Positions 31,587 through 42,021 of a DNA stretch of 64,000 nucleotides are shown piece by piece (the first letter of the stretch is position 1; each line of letters opens with the position of its first letter). Location of the stretch: assembly GCA_963743305.1 (NCBI GenBank), contig CAVUPH010000032.1, positions 32,001 through 96,000 of the forward strand. The letters run 5' to 3'. The position numbers were made by a program, and so were the translations under genes. Under the pieces are notes generated by a model. The model made no database searches. It worked only from the letters and a program-made list of their open reading frames with translations, and had not been told where the DNA came from. Source of the DNA: an uncultured delta proteobacterium. GTDB taxonomy: Bacteria > Desulfobacterota > RBG-13-43-22.

Positions 31587-32221
31587 ATAAGAAGCCCTGG
31601 TCGGACAGCTTCTGGAAACACCTCCATCCCTCCTATTTGACGGCGGAGATGATCCGCTTTACCCATACCTTCTGTCTGGGCGGACTGACTTTTTTCCTGT
31701 TTTTGATTTTAAATGTCACCGGGTTGCTGCTGCTCTTTTATTACTTGCCTCTGGCCGATAAGGCCTACCTGTCCGTTTCCAACGTGACCTTCGTGATCCC
31801 CTTCGGCGGATTCATTCGCAGCCTTCATTACTGGGCCGGACAAACGATGGTCGTCACCCTCTTCCTGCATATGATCCGAGTGTTCTCTTCTCGGGCCTAT
31901 CGTCCCCCTCGATCTTTGAACTGGCTGGTCGGGGTGGGTCTTTTACTCCTGACTCTGATCCTGGATTTTACCGGTTATGCTTTGCGCTGGGACGTGGACA
32001 CCTATTCCGCCACGGTGGTGGGGACTCAGATCGTCCAACAGATCCCCTGGGCCGGTTCGGCCCTTTTTCACCTGCTGGTCGGCGGGGGGCAGTTTGGAGA
32101 AACCACGGTGCTCCGCTTTTATGTGCTCCATTGTTTTCTCCTGCCGGGGGGGGCCTTCGCTCTGATTTTTTATCATTTCTGGCGGGTGAGGAAAGACGGA
32201 ATGGCAGACAGCGCCTTGTAA
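31583..32221 (+). CDS. Cytochrome b N-terminal (b6-type)
   Basis: FCLGG, four heme His (RSLH, FLHM, VLHC, FYHF) and FTGY. ATG 31583 overlaps the Rieske stop. Confidence 0.92.
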   Translation: MNKKPWSDSFWKHLHPSYLTAEMIRFTHTFCLGGLTFFLFLILNVTGLLLLFYYLPLADKAYLSVSNVTFVIPFGGFIRSLHYWAGQTMVVTLFLHMIRVFSSRAYRPPRSLNWLVGVGLLLLTLILDFTGYALRWDVDTYSATVVGTQIVQQIPWAGSALFHLLVGGGQFGETTVLRFYVLHCFLLPGGAFALIFYHFWRVRKDGMADSAL

Positions 32222-32382
32222 TACCAGGTAGGTCCAAAACCCTTCCAGCGGGTTTCCAATTTTCAGGAAACCGCCTTTTTAATCTTTAAAATCAGGGAGC
32301 CGCCACAGGGTCTTACTGGAACCTTGCAAGACGTCTCCCTAGGTTAGTCTGGAATACACATTTCTTGGGCATAACGTTTCCT

Positions 32383-33885
32383 TCAGGTTTTGGAAGTGTC
32401 CTGCAGTATCGAGGGCGGATGTTTGTGAACCCACCCGGTTGCTTGTTCATAAGCATAAGCCAATTGAAGGACTGATAGATCAGCCTGAGCCTGGCCGTGG
32501 AGCTGTATTCCCATAGGCAGGCCAGCCCGGTTAAACCCCGCCGGGAGGCTGATCGTCGGCACGCCGGCCATGGTCCCAGGAATGACGACCTCCATCCAAC
32601 GATGATAGGTATCCATGGTTTTTCCGGCAATTTCCTTCGGCCAGTGAATCGTTGCGTCGAACGGAAAGACCTGCGCGCTGGGGGTAACGAAATAGTCATA
32701 ATTCTGGAAAAACTTATTGACGGCTTGATAGTAGGTGCTGCGGTCGACGGATGCCTGGTAGACATCGGTGCCGGTGAGTTTCAGCCCGTTTTCAATCTCC
32801 CAGATAGCTTCTGGTTTCATTAAATCCCGCAGTTTGGGATTTGCGTACATCCCGCCGGCCATACCGACAAGTAAGAAACCACGCAGGGTGAGCCAGGTCT
32901 GCCACAATTTCTCCATAGGATAGTCCAAGGTGGCCTCTTCAACGGCACAGCCCGCATCCTCAAAACCTTGGAGAGCGGTGCGGCAAAGATCCAACACACC
33001 TGGTTCCATCGGCAGATAACCGCCAAAATCACCCAGCCAGGCAACTTTTGCACCCTTGAAGTCGCGCTTGAGCGGTTGGGTAAACATGGCGGCATCTTGA
33101 TCGAGGGACAAGGGAACACGCGAATCGAAACCGGCCTGCACCGAGAGAAGCAGGGCGAGGTCGGTGACGGTACGCGCCAGCGGACCTTCATAGCCCAGTT
33201 GCTGGATGAAAATCTCATGGGCTGGACCAAAGGGGACCCGCCCGAATGATGGACGAAAACCAAACACATTATTAAAACCAGCCGGGTTACGTAACGAACC
33301 CATCATGTCGCTTCCGTCGGCCACGGGCAACATACATAGGGCAACGGAAACAGCCGCCCCGCCGCTGCTTCCGCCGGCGGTCTTGCTTTGGTCGTAGGCG
33401 TTGAGCGTCGTACCAAACACGGTGTTATAGGTCTGCGAGCCAAGCCCGAACTCCGGGGTATTGGTCTTGCCAATCAGAATGGCACCGCTCTTTTTGAGGC
33501 GTTCGACGATGATGGCATCATATTGGGGAATATCGTCCTTGAGAAGGGGGGAGCCCATTGTGGTTGGAATACCAGCGGTAGCGGCCAAGTCTTTTGGCGC
33601 CTGAGGAAAGCCGTGCATCCAGCCCAGATATCTTCCCCGCCGAAGCTGGCTATCGCGCTCATCGGCCTGGCGCAACAGACTCTCCTGCTCTTGCAGTGAG
33701 ATGATGGCGTTGACCTTCGGATTAAGACGTTCGATCTGGCCGAGAAAAGCCCCCATCACCTCACGGCAGGAGACTTTCCGAGCCTTGATCCACGCCGAAA
33801 GCATCGCGGCGTCGGCCAGGACAATATCCTGCAGTGAATGGGGACCGGATTTTGGTGAGTAGTTGGAATGGCTGGACCGGTTCAC
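32383..33885 (-). CDS. Amidase signature family enzyme
   Basis: KD, GKTNTPEFG, GGSSGG, GSDMMGSLRNPA, GLPMGIQL. Confidence 0.93.
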   Translation of the reverse strand: MNRSSHSNYSPKSGPHSLQDIVLADAAMLSAWIKARKVSCREVMGAFLGQIERLNPKVNAIISLQEQESLLRQADERDSQLRRGRYLGWMHGFPQAPKDLAATAGIPTTMGSPLLKDDIPQYDAIIVERLKKSGAILIGKTNTPEFGLGSQTYNTVFGTTLNAYDQSKTAGGSSGGAAVSVALCMLPVADGSDMMGSLRNPAGFNNVFGFRPSFGRVPFGPAHEIFIQQLGYEGPLARTVTDLALLLSVQAGFDSRVPLSLDQDAAMFTQPLKRDFKGAKVAWLGDFGGYLPMEPGVLDLCRTALQGFEDAGCAVEEATLDYPMEKLWQTWLTLRGFLLVGMAGGMYANPKLRDLMKPEAIWEIENGLKLTGTDVYQASVDRSTYYQAVNKFFQNYDYFVTPSAQVFPFDATIHWPKEIAGKTMDTYHRWMEVVIPGTMAGVPTISLPAGFNRAGLPMGIQLHGQAQADLSVLQLAYAYEQATGWVHKHPPSILQDTSKT

Positions 33886-33902
33886 CGCTTCAACACGCCC
33901 CC

Positions 33903-34520
33903 CTATCTGTCTGCCACTCCGAAATGGATATCCTTGATTATCCCCGCTATTTTTTTCATTACCGCCAGAATTAAGACGGCTTGTTCGGGGATGAGTTGGA
34001 CGTGGTAATGGAGAGGAGGCAAAATAATTCTTAGCAGGGAACCGCCATAGGGTCTCACCTGAATTTTACAAGATCCCTCCAGAGGCTCGAAAAGTATCTT
34101 TAAAAATTCAACCTCCAATTTCCAACATTCTTCCAGCAGGTCCTGATCGCTGTGCAGCAGTGAGATTATTCCGCCTTCCGGTCCTTTTGGTTGCGAATAA
34201 CCCCTCAGGGCAAAAAAAGGCTTCCCTTTTCTTATGAAACCCGCATAGCGAAGCTCCAGGCAGACCGAAGGAAGAAGAGGCGCGTAGCCGGTCAATATCC
34301 CCTCCACCGTCAGGAGATAGATCTTTCCCATAAACTTTTTGTTGAGGTCATAGCCGATCGTAAAATGGCGGAAGGGAAGACTTCCCACAGGGAAAGAGAA
34401 CCCCCCCTGGCCTTCCAGGCGAGGTTCTCCCAGGACCTCCGTGAAGGGCTTCGAATCGGTTCGCAGACAGGAAATCAGCTCGGGGTCGCTTAGAGTCGCG
34501 GCGGATTTCCGTTTCTTCAT
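33903..34520 (-). CDS. Hypothetical protein resembling the DUF3156 family
   Basis: Pattern LELRYAGFIR..L..D..L...LEVEFLKI...PYGGS...P..Y.V.L...Q and position next to an APC permease. The family call is from memory. Confidence 0.5.
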   Translation of the reverse strand: MKKRKSAATLSDPELISCLRTDSKPFTEVLGEPRLEGQGGFSFPVGSLPFRHFTIGYDLNKKFMGKIYLLTVEGILTGYAPLLPSVCLELRYAGFIRKGKPFFALRGYSQPKGPEGGIISLLHSDQDLLEECWKLEVEFLKILFEPLEGSCKIQVRPYGGSLLRIILPPLHYHVQLIPEQAVLILAVMKKIAGIIKDIHFGVADR

Positions 34521-34590
34521 TGGGCCTTTTCAAAAAGTGATTTCACTGCCAGGGCGACCGCCGCCTTATACGCCGGCTTGCCCTAACCAG

Positions 34591-35949
34591 CTATTCCTCT
34601 AGGGCTTCCTCGTATCGAACGGGTTTAAATAAACCCTTTTTCATCTTGAAAGTACACCAGAGAAAGGCGTAAACGGCTCCGCCGCCTAAGAAATAGAAGG
34701 CATAGGTATAAATTTCCTTTTTCATCTTAGGATCAGGGAAAATATAGATCATGACCAGGATGATCCCTAAAATCCCCAAAATTTGAGGGACGGGGAAACC
34801 GGGGGTTTTGAAGGGTCGTTCCAGTCGGGGATATCTAACCCGCAAGATGATCGCGTCCACATGGGCGATAATGTAGGCCAGAAGCCAGGAAAAGGCCGAG
34901 GCGACGATGAAAACCACAATGGTTTCAATCGTGGATATGCCGCTCAAGATTTGAACAAGCATGCCCAGGCCCATCAGGAGGATGCCCACCCAGGGAGTAC
35001 GAAAACGGGGGTGCAGCCATTTAAAGATCGCCGGGACCTGCCCGGCATGGGCCATCCCATAAAGCATCCTCGGGACGGAAGCCATCAGGGTATTAATTAC
35101 CCCGGCCGTGGCAAAGAAAGTGGCGACCCCGGCCCAATATAATCCGGCTTTCCCCAGAATGGCTGAAGCGACGTCCACGTGAGGAGTCGGGGAAGTGGAG
35201 AGGACAGTCATCGGCACAAATCGAACCGCGGCTATCCCGAAAACCAGGTTCAAAGCCAAGATGATCACCAGGCCGAGGATCATGGCCAGCGGCAAATCCC
35301 TCCGGGGATTCTTGGCTTCTTCCACCAAGGGGCAGATGAATTCGGTCCCGATGAGCAGCCAGACCCCCAGGGCTACGAAGCCGAGCACATCAACGATTCC
35401 CAAAGGTGGGGAGACGACGGTCACCTGCGGATTTCCCAGGGCGAAGATGCCTGCCAGTCCTATCACCCCCACGGTAATGATCTTGATAATGGTGAAAACA
35501 ATTTCGGCTTTGGCAAAAACATCGACTCCCAGCAGGTTCAGCAGCATAAACAGGAACAACATCAGCACCCCGATCAGGGTGGGCGAGAGGTCAGGGAGAA
35601 ATACGTTTTTGACCACCAGGCTGGCCACGGCAATCTCCGCCGGTCCGGCCAGGAGTTGAACAATGATATATCCGGCTATCGTGGCAATGATAGCCGGAAA
35701 ATGTCCGAGGGCGACCTCGGTATAGGAACTGATGCTTCCGGCCCGAGGCATGGAGATGGCCAGCTCGCTGAAGGTAAAGGCCTGAAAAATCATCAGGACC
35801 CAGGCGATCAGCATGGCCAGGATAAAGCCGTACCCTCCCAGTCCCATTCCCTGACAGAGCGACACCAGCGTCGTTGAAGCCACCACCAACCCCACGGCTA
35901 CCGCCAGCAGTGAAGGAAAACCCAATACTCCCTTTTTAAGTCCTTCCAC
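34591..35949 (-). CDS. APC family amino acid/amine permease
   Basis: About 12 TM helices, FSELA..MPRAG, GTE..EEAKNP, PRMLYGMA, LHPRFRTP, RPFKTP. Confidence 0.92.
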   Translation of the reverse strand: MEGLKKGVLGFPSLLAVAVGLVVASTTLVSLCQGMGLGGYGFILAMLIAWVLMIFQAFTFSELAISMPRAGSISSYTEVALGHFPAIIATIAGYIIVQLLAGPAEIAVASLVVKNVFLPDLSPTLIGVLMLFLFMLLNLLGVDVFAKAEIVFTIIKIITVGVIGLAGIFALGNPQVTVVSPPLGIVDVLGFVALGVWLLIGTEFICPLVEEAKNPRRDLPLAMILGLVIILALNLVFGIAAVRFVPMTVLSTSPTPHVDVASAILGKAGLYWAGVATFFATAGVINTLMASVPRMLYGMAHAGQVPAIFKWLHPRFRTPWVGILLMGLGMLVQILSGISTIETIVVFIVASAFSWLLAYIIAHVDAIILRVRYPRLERPFKTPGFPVPQILGILGIILVMIYIFPDPKMKKEIYTYAFYFLGGGAVYAFLWCTFKMKKGLFKPVRYEEALEE

Positions 35950-36025
35950 GATGATCTCCTTTTTGATCCTGCTTGACGGTCCCTTTGTATTTCATGGTCG
36001 CCTCGGCCTTAATCTAAAAACAGGT

Positions 36026-36517
36026 TCAGCCAGTCCTGGAGACCAGGCGTTCAGCATTCTCCTGGCCGCGAATGGACAGGACCGGTATAGGCGACCGGCG
36101 AATAACTTTTTCGGCCGTGGAACCGAAGAGGGTATTGGCCAGATTGGTTCGGCCCTTGGTTCCCATGACCATCAGGTCCGCTTGTTGCTCCTTGGCGGCC
36201 GCCAAAAGCTCTACCCAAGGGACCCCTACCCGGATAATCCGGGTGCAAGCTATATCTCCACAGCCGGCCTCTTGGAAGAACTGCAGGGCCAAGGCCTCCC
36301 GTTCCGCATGCTGGGTTTTCAGATAATCCTGAACCGAGATATTGATCCCTCTGGTCTTAATGCTGTAGATCATATCAATATCCCGCTGATTAATGACGTT
36401 CACCAGAATCAGGCCGGCCTGGCAGGCCTTGGCCAGCAGACCGGCATATTGAATCGTCCTGTGGGAATAATCCGAGAAATCCACGGCCACCATTATTTTT
36501 TGTATTTCACCCATCAC
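36026..36517 (-). CDS. Universal stress protein (paralog of 23254-23742)
   Basis: [36 protein letters not shown]. Confidence 0.92.
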   Translation of the reverse strand: MMGEIQKIMVAVDFSDYSHRTIQYAGLLAKACQAGLILVNVINQRDIDMIYSIKTRGINISVQDYLKTQHAEREALALQFFQEAGCGDIACTRIIRVGVPWVELLAAAKEQQADLMVMGTKGRTNLANTLFGSTAEKVIRRSPIPVLSIRGQENAERLVSRTG

Positions 36518-36550
36518 CGCACTGTTCCTTCCTAATTTGACAAATCCCTG

Positions 36551-36967
36551 CTAATGACTGCTTACCAGATAAGAGCCGATGATCGCCTCGGCCTCAATTT
36601 CCACCAGATGGGCCGGACGAGCCAGGGCCGAAATCTCGACCAATATGGTTACCGGTTTGATCTCTTTGAAAAATTCGGAATAGGCCCTCAGGTATTCCTG
36701 AGCCTTCTTGATGTCCGTTACATAGATGCGGACCCGGTACACTTCGGACAGCTTGGCTCCAGCCTTGGATAAAGCCTGCTCGATCTTCTGCAGGATGATT
36801 TTGGCTTGGAGGTAGGCGTCCGCCTCGCCCTCCACTACGCCTTCGGGATTAGTGGATGTGGTCCCGCCCACAAACACAAAATTTCCCACCTTGACCGCCC
36901 GGCTGTACCCCACCTTTTCTTCCAGAGGCGCGCCCGATGAAAAGTTCTCTCTCTTCAGCAAATCCAT
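36551..36967 (-). CDS. Rid (YjgF/YER057c/UK114) family protein, Rid7-like
   Basis: GYSRAVKVG, VEIEAEA. The catalytic Arg position reads PVT rather than PAR. Confidence 0.88.
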   Translation of the reverse strand: MDLLKRENFSSGAPLEEKVGYSRAVKVGNFVFVGGTTSTNPEGVVEGEADAYLQAKIILQKIEQALSKAGAKLSEVYRVRIYVTDIKKAQEYLRAYSEFFKEIKPVTILVEISALARPAHLVEIEAEAIIGSYLVSSH

Positions 36968-37042
36968 GGTCCCTTCCTCCCTGGCCTTAACCAGGGCAGC
37001 TCTGTGCTATCAGACCAAAAAAGCTATCTTGACTCTTAATCT

Positions 37043-39443
37043 TTAAAGGGCCTTCACCCTTTTGAGCAGAAAGTGCGACAGGGAAGGGATCAAAATAAGC
37101 GCGCCAATCATGTTCCAGATAAACATGAATGTCAGGAGAATGCCCATATCGGCCTGAAATTTGATCGGTGAAAATACCCAGGTAACGACACCGGCCGCCA
37201 GCGTGACGCCGACCAGTCCGACCACCTTGCCGGTGAACTGGACGGCGCGTTTGTACGACTCTCCCAAAGACAGTCCTGCCCGCATCCAGTTGAGCTGAAC
37301 GCTGAGAAGATACAGGGCATAATCCACCCCGATTCCCACCCCCAGCGCAATAACCGGCAGGGTGGAGACCTTCACCCCGATGTTCAGCAAGACCATGAGC
37401 GCCTGGCAGAGGATGGAAGTAAGAAAGAGCGGCAGAACGGCCACCAGTACTGCCCGCCAGCTACGGAAGGTGATTAAGCAAAGCAGGATCACCGCACTAT
37501 AAACATAGAGCAACATGTTGCGTTGCGCTTTTTTGACCACGATGTTTGTGGCCGCCTCGATTCCGGCGGTTCCGGCCGCGAGCAGGAACTGTCGATCACC
37601 CGTACTGTGTTGCTGTGAGAACTCGTCCGTCGCCTTGACCACCCTATCGAGCGTTTCGGCCTTATGATCGGAAAGGTAGGCAATCACCGGCATAACGGTG
37701 CCGTCGTTGTTGAACAGGTTCGGGTTGTCGACTATCGACTGATGGGCACCGTAGTTCAGCACCTGCTGATTGCGGGAGATGGTATACCACTTGGGACTGC
37801 CCTCGTACGTGCCGGCCGTGATCAGACGCACCCCGTCGACCAGAGAAACAGTGGTCTGTACTCCGGGGACCTGCTGCAACCCCCAGGCCAGACGATCGGC
37901 CTCGATGAGGGTTTCGTATTTCTGTACCCCGTCCGGCGGAGTCTTCACGATAACGGCGAACTGATCGGTGGATAGGGCATAGTTGGCCGTTATATAGGCA
38001 TTGTCCTGGTTGTAGCGCGAATTCGGGCGCAGTTCGGGTGCGCCGGGGTCCAGGTCGCCTATCTTGAGGTTCAGACCTACCATCCAGCCGCCGGCGGCCA
38101 GGATGAAGTGCAGTTGCCACCGCCCCGATTGCCCAGCGCCGTTCGGTAAAGTGTTCGAGGAAGCCCCAGATCATTCCGGCTCCCGCGCCTTTGCTTTCTT
38201 CTTTTTCTTCTTGGAGGCTGCGCCGGGCCGCATTGAGGCTTACACCGACAAAGGAAAGCAGCACCGGCAAAAGAAGAAGGTTGGTGAAAATCAGAATCGC
38301 GACGCCGATGCTGGCCGTAAGTGCCAGGTCCTTGATGACCGGGATATCGATCAACATCAGTACGGCAAACCCGACCGCGTCGGCCGAAAGCGCCGTCACC
38401 CCAGGCAGGAAGAGCCGGCGGAAGGTGTAGCGGGCGGCAACGAGCCGATGGGTTCCACGTCCCACGTCCTGCATGATGCCGTTCATTTTTTGTGCGCCGT
38501 GGGAGACGCCGATGGCAAAAACCAGAAACGGCACCAGGATGGAATAGGGATCGAGTTCATAGCCGAGGGTGGAGATCAGGCCGAGTAGCCAGACCATCGC
38601 CACCAGCGAACAGCCGACCAACATCACCGTACTGCGCAGACAGCGGGTATAGATGAAGATAATAATCGCGGCGATAACGGCCGCATAGGCAAAATAGGTC
38701 ATCACCTGCAACAGCCCCGCCAGCAGATCGCCGGCGAGCTTCGCAAAGCCGATGATGTGAATCCTGATCTTGCCGCCGCCGTATTTTGTTCGAATGTCCT
38801 CCAATTTATTTGATAATTGATTGTAATCCAGCCGCCTGCCGGTTTGAGGATCCGTGTCCAGAAGCGGAACAAAGATTGCCGCTGACTTGAAGTTGTCGGC
38901 CACCAGATCTCCGACAATCCCCGCGCGGGCAATGTTCTGCCTGAGCTGATCGATGCTTTTTTTCGAGCCGTCATAGTTATCCGACATTACGGGGCCGCCC
39001 TGGTACCCTTCTTCGGTAATCTCACTCCAGCGCACAGCCGGCGTCCAAATCGATTTCATCCAGGCGCGATCCACGCCCGGGGTAAGAAAGACCTCGTCGT
39101 TGATCTGCTTTAACGTTTCAATGTATTCGGGGTCGAAAATATCGCCCCGGGTATTCTCTACCACCACCCGGATCGAGTTGCCGAGGCCGTACAGCTCGCT
39201 CTTATTCTGGAGGTAGTTCTTGACATAGGCCTGTTTATGCGGGATCATCTTTTCAAAGTTGGCATTGAACACGAGCTTCGTTGCCTGATAGGCCAGCACC
39301 AGCGTGGCGATCAGGCAGAGGATGATCATCGGAACCCGGTTGTTGAAAACCAGACGTTCCAAGTGGTTGCCGGATGATTGATCGAAATCCTTCAGTTCCT
39401 TTACGACCGGCATTTCATCTATTTTTTCCATTTTGACAACCAC
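37043..39443 (-). CDS. RND/MMPL family transporter (frameshift near 38100)
   Basis: Two ORF halves with LDPYSILVPFLVFAIGVSHG and LPVIALGVGIGVDY..FSPIKFQADMG. Confidence 0.85.
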
Positions 39444-39463
39444 TTCAGTTCTCCTTCATTGTT

Positions 39464-40543
39464 TTATTTAATCGACTGAACCGCCACTCCGCCAAATCCT
39501 GCCAGCACGAGGGTATCCGCGTCGAAAGCGGTAACCGCGGCGGCCTGCAAGGCCTTCTCTACCTTGGCCATTTTGAAACTCAAGCCCCTGTCTTTACTCA
39601 CCAGCACGTCTCCTGTCTGGCTCACCAGGACTATCCGCCCATCTTTGGTTACGGTCGCTCCCGTCAGTCCTACCGGCACCCCGGTCTCCACCTTCTGCCA
39701 GCTTTTACCTCCGTTATCGCTGCGGAAAACCGTACCGCGCATCCCGAAAACAAGGACTACATCGGATCCGCCTGTGGCCCCAAAGAATGTTCCCTGATAG
39801 GGTATTTTTAACCTGCGGAACATCCCGGCCTTCTGATCAAATTTCAGCACCAGCCCTTGTTCGCCACTGATGAAAATGTCCTGGCCGATGCGCTTTATGG
39901 CATAGAGATGCGAAAAACCCGGGTTTTCGGTTCGTTCAAACCAGGGTTCCCAATTCCTTCCTCCGTCGGTGGTATGGAAGATCGTGTTGAAGGAGCCGAC
40001 AATAAAGCCCTCCGTTTCATTGTCAAACCAGACATCGAGAAAGTGCTTGTCGGCGCCTTCCTGGACGAAACGTTTGATGGTTTCGTTCAAGCCTGAACCC
40101 GCCTCGCTCCCTCCCGGCTTATCGGCAGGAGGATGGGCGGCGTAATAACTGAGCACGACCCGGGCGGCGGCGTAACCGTCAAACTGTTTCACCCAGGTGA
40201 GGCCGCCGTCGGTACTGTGCAAAACCACGCCGTCATGACCGACCGCCCAGCCCTTCTCCGGTGTCGGAAACTGTACGGCCACCAGATCCGAACTTACCGG
40301 CACCTGGAGAACCTGGGTCCAGTTTTTCCCCCGGTCATCCGAATAGAGGATGTGGCCACGCTGACCCACGCTGATCAGGCGCTTGCCGGCCACCGTAATC
40401 CCGTTCAGCAGTGCTTTTTCCGCCAAGGCGCTTTTCATCACCGGGGTCTCGAGCACATCCCTGAATTTTGGTGTACTGCCGGCAAGGCCGGTCGTCAAAA
40501 AGACGATGGCCATCATTACCGTTATTATTGTTCTGCGGATCAT
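39464..40543 (-). CDS. YCF48/BNR-repeat beta-propeller protein
   Basis: Signal peptide MIRRTII and repeated S.D.G.TW motifs (SDDRGKNW, STDGGLTW, TTDGGRNW, SDNGGKSW). Confidence 0.88.
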   Translation of the reverse strand: MIRRTIITVMMAIVFLTTGLAGSTPKFRDVLETPVMKSALAEKALLNGITVAGKRLISVGQRGHILYSDDRGKNWTQVLQVPVSSDLVAVQFPTPEKGWAVGHDGVVLHSTDGGLTWVKQFDGYAAARVVLSYYAAHPPADKPGGSEAGSGLNETIKRFVQEGADKHFLDVWFDNETEGFIVGSFNTIFHTTDGGRNWEPWFERTENPGFSHLYAIKRIGQDIFISGEQGLVLKFDQKAGMFRRLKIPYQGTFFGATGGSDVVLVFGMRGTVFRSDNGGKSWQKVETGVPVGLTGATVTKDGRIVLVSQTGDVLVSKDRGLSFKMAKVEKALQAAAVTAFDADTLVLAGFGGVAVQSIK

Positions 40544-40597
40544 ATTTTCTCCATCGGGATCGGGGCCGGGGCCCCGATTGAACATCGTCCTCGGCCA

Positions 40598-40637
40598 ACC
40601 GTTGCCTCCGGCGGTCGATACCGCCGGAGGCAACGGT
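40598..40637. repeat. Perfect 18 bp inverted repeat between the DUF1329 and YCF48 genes
   Basis: ACCGTTGCCTCCGGCGGT-cgat-ACCGCCGGAGGCAACGGT. A second small hairpin lies at about 40559-40578. Confidence 0.8.
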
Positions 40638-40654
40638 AGGCTAAACCCACCGGC

Positions 40655-42005
40655 TCAGCGAACGCCGGCGCCGGCCAGATTTTCCGGCAGCCATTCCTTT
40701 TCCGGGATGTCCGGGATGTATTTGACGCCGCCGGCCTCGGCGACATAAACGTCCAGCGTATAAATATTGGAACTGAAATCATAGAAACCATGGGTCATGG
40801 CATAAGGCGCATTCACATCGTAGTTCTGCACCATATACATGAAAGCCGATTTATAGAGTTGCCCGCGCGCGTCGTACTCATCGCTGGCCAGCGCTTGCCA
40901 ACTGTCTTCATCCAGGTAAAAGACGCGCTTGTGGTAGATATGCCGCTTGCCCGGTTTGAGGGTCGCCTCCACCACCCAGACCCGGTGCAGTTCCCAGCGG
41001 ACAAAGTCCGGATTGAGATGTTTCGGCGTCAGCAACTGGCTCGCCCTTAGACCAATAAACCAGATTGTAGTTGTTGTAGGGCACATACATCTCCTTCTTG
41101 CCGACCAGTTTGAAATCATAGCGTTCCATCGACCCCAGGAACAGACGCCATTCATCATAAGCGGTCGCTCCGTTCAATTGGGCGTTCGGCGTATCGAAAT
41201 TGATGTCCGGCGCCAGTTTTGTCCGCCGCTGACCGGGGAGGTACTGCCAAGCGCGCCGGCCTTTCCCGTAAAAGTCCAGATAATCCCAGACCATGAGCAT
41301 TTCGCCCACATTGCGGGGCGGTCCAATACAAATATCGCGGAGCCTCCAGAAGATTTCGGGTTTGGTATTGGTAGGGACCCAGTAGGGCCAATTTAAAACT
41401 TCATCCAGCACATAGGTCATCGTGGGCCGCCCGGCGGCGGTCACCACCCAGGACTGGGGAAAATGGTTTAAGGTAACCCCGTTGTAGAACAGAATGTGGT
41501 TCCACATGGCCTCATAGCCGTCCTTCGGAATGGGAAAGGGATAGGCCGCATAGGCGCCCACCACGGTCAAACCGTTGTTGGCGGTTTTGGTCGTGGTGGC
41601 CTGCTTGACGGTATTTTCCAGCACGTATTTCGGAAAAGCCGCCGAACGGTGCGTCTTATAGACGTCCAGGCGGAAGCTGGGATATTTCTCCAGCAGCGTC
41701 TTCTGCCCATGGGTGAGTTTGTCCGCATACTTACCCATGCTCTGCTGGTTGATCGTGAATAAAGGTTTTTCGTCGGCATAGGGATTGGCGCGCAGGCCGG
41801 TCCCCTTCTTGAAGTCGGGCGGTATGGTGGTCAGTCCACCGGTGTACTCGGGGATGGAACCGTCCTGGTTCCCCGCCTTTTCGGCTCCGAGAGGCGTTAA
41901 GGTCGTGCCCAGTTTCTTCGCTTCTTCCGCCGTAACAGCCCCCAGGGCAGCGCCCGCAAATGTCAGCAGTATGATGGCTGCGATGAAGATATAGCGTACT
42001 CTCAT
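40655..42005 (-). CDS. DUF1329 family protein (frameshift near 41045)
   Basis: EEAKKLGTTLTPLGAEKAGN, YKTHRSA, PFPIPK, WQYLPGQRR, YVPYN, RWELHRVWVVEA, DEDSW. Confidence 0.85.
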
Positions 42006-42021
42006 GTCGTCGTTCCTCCCG

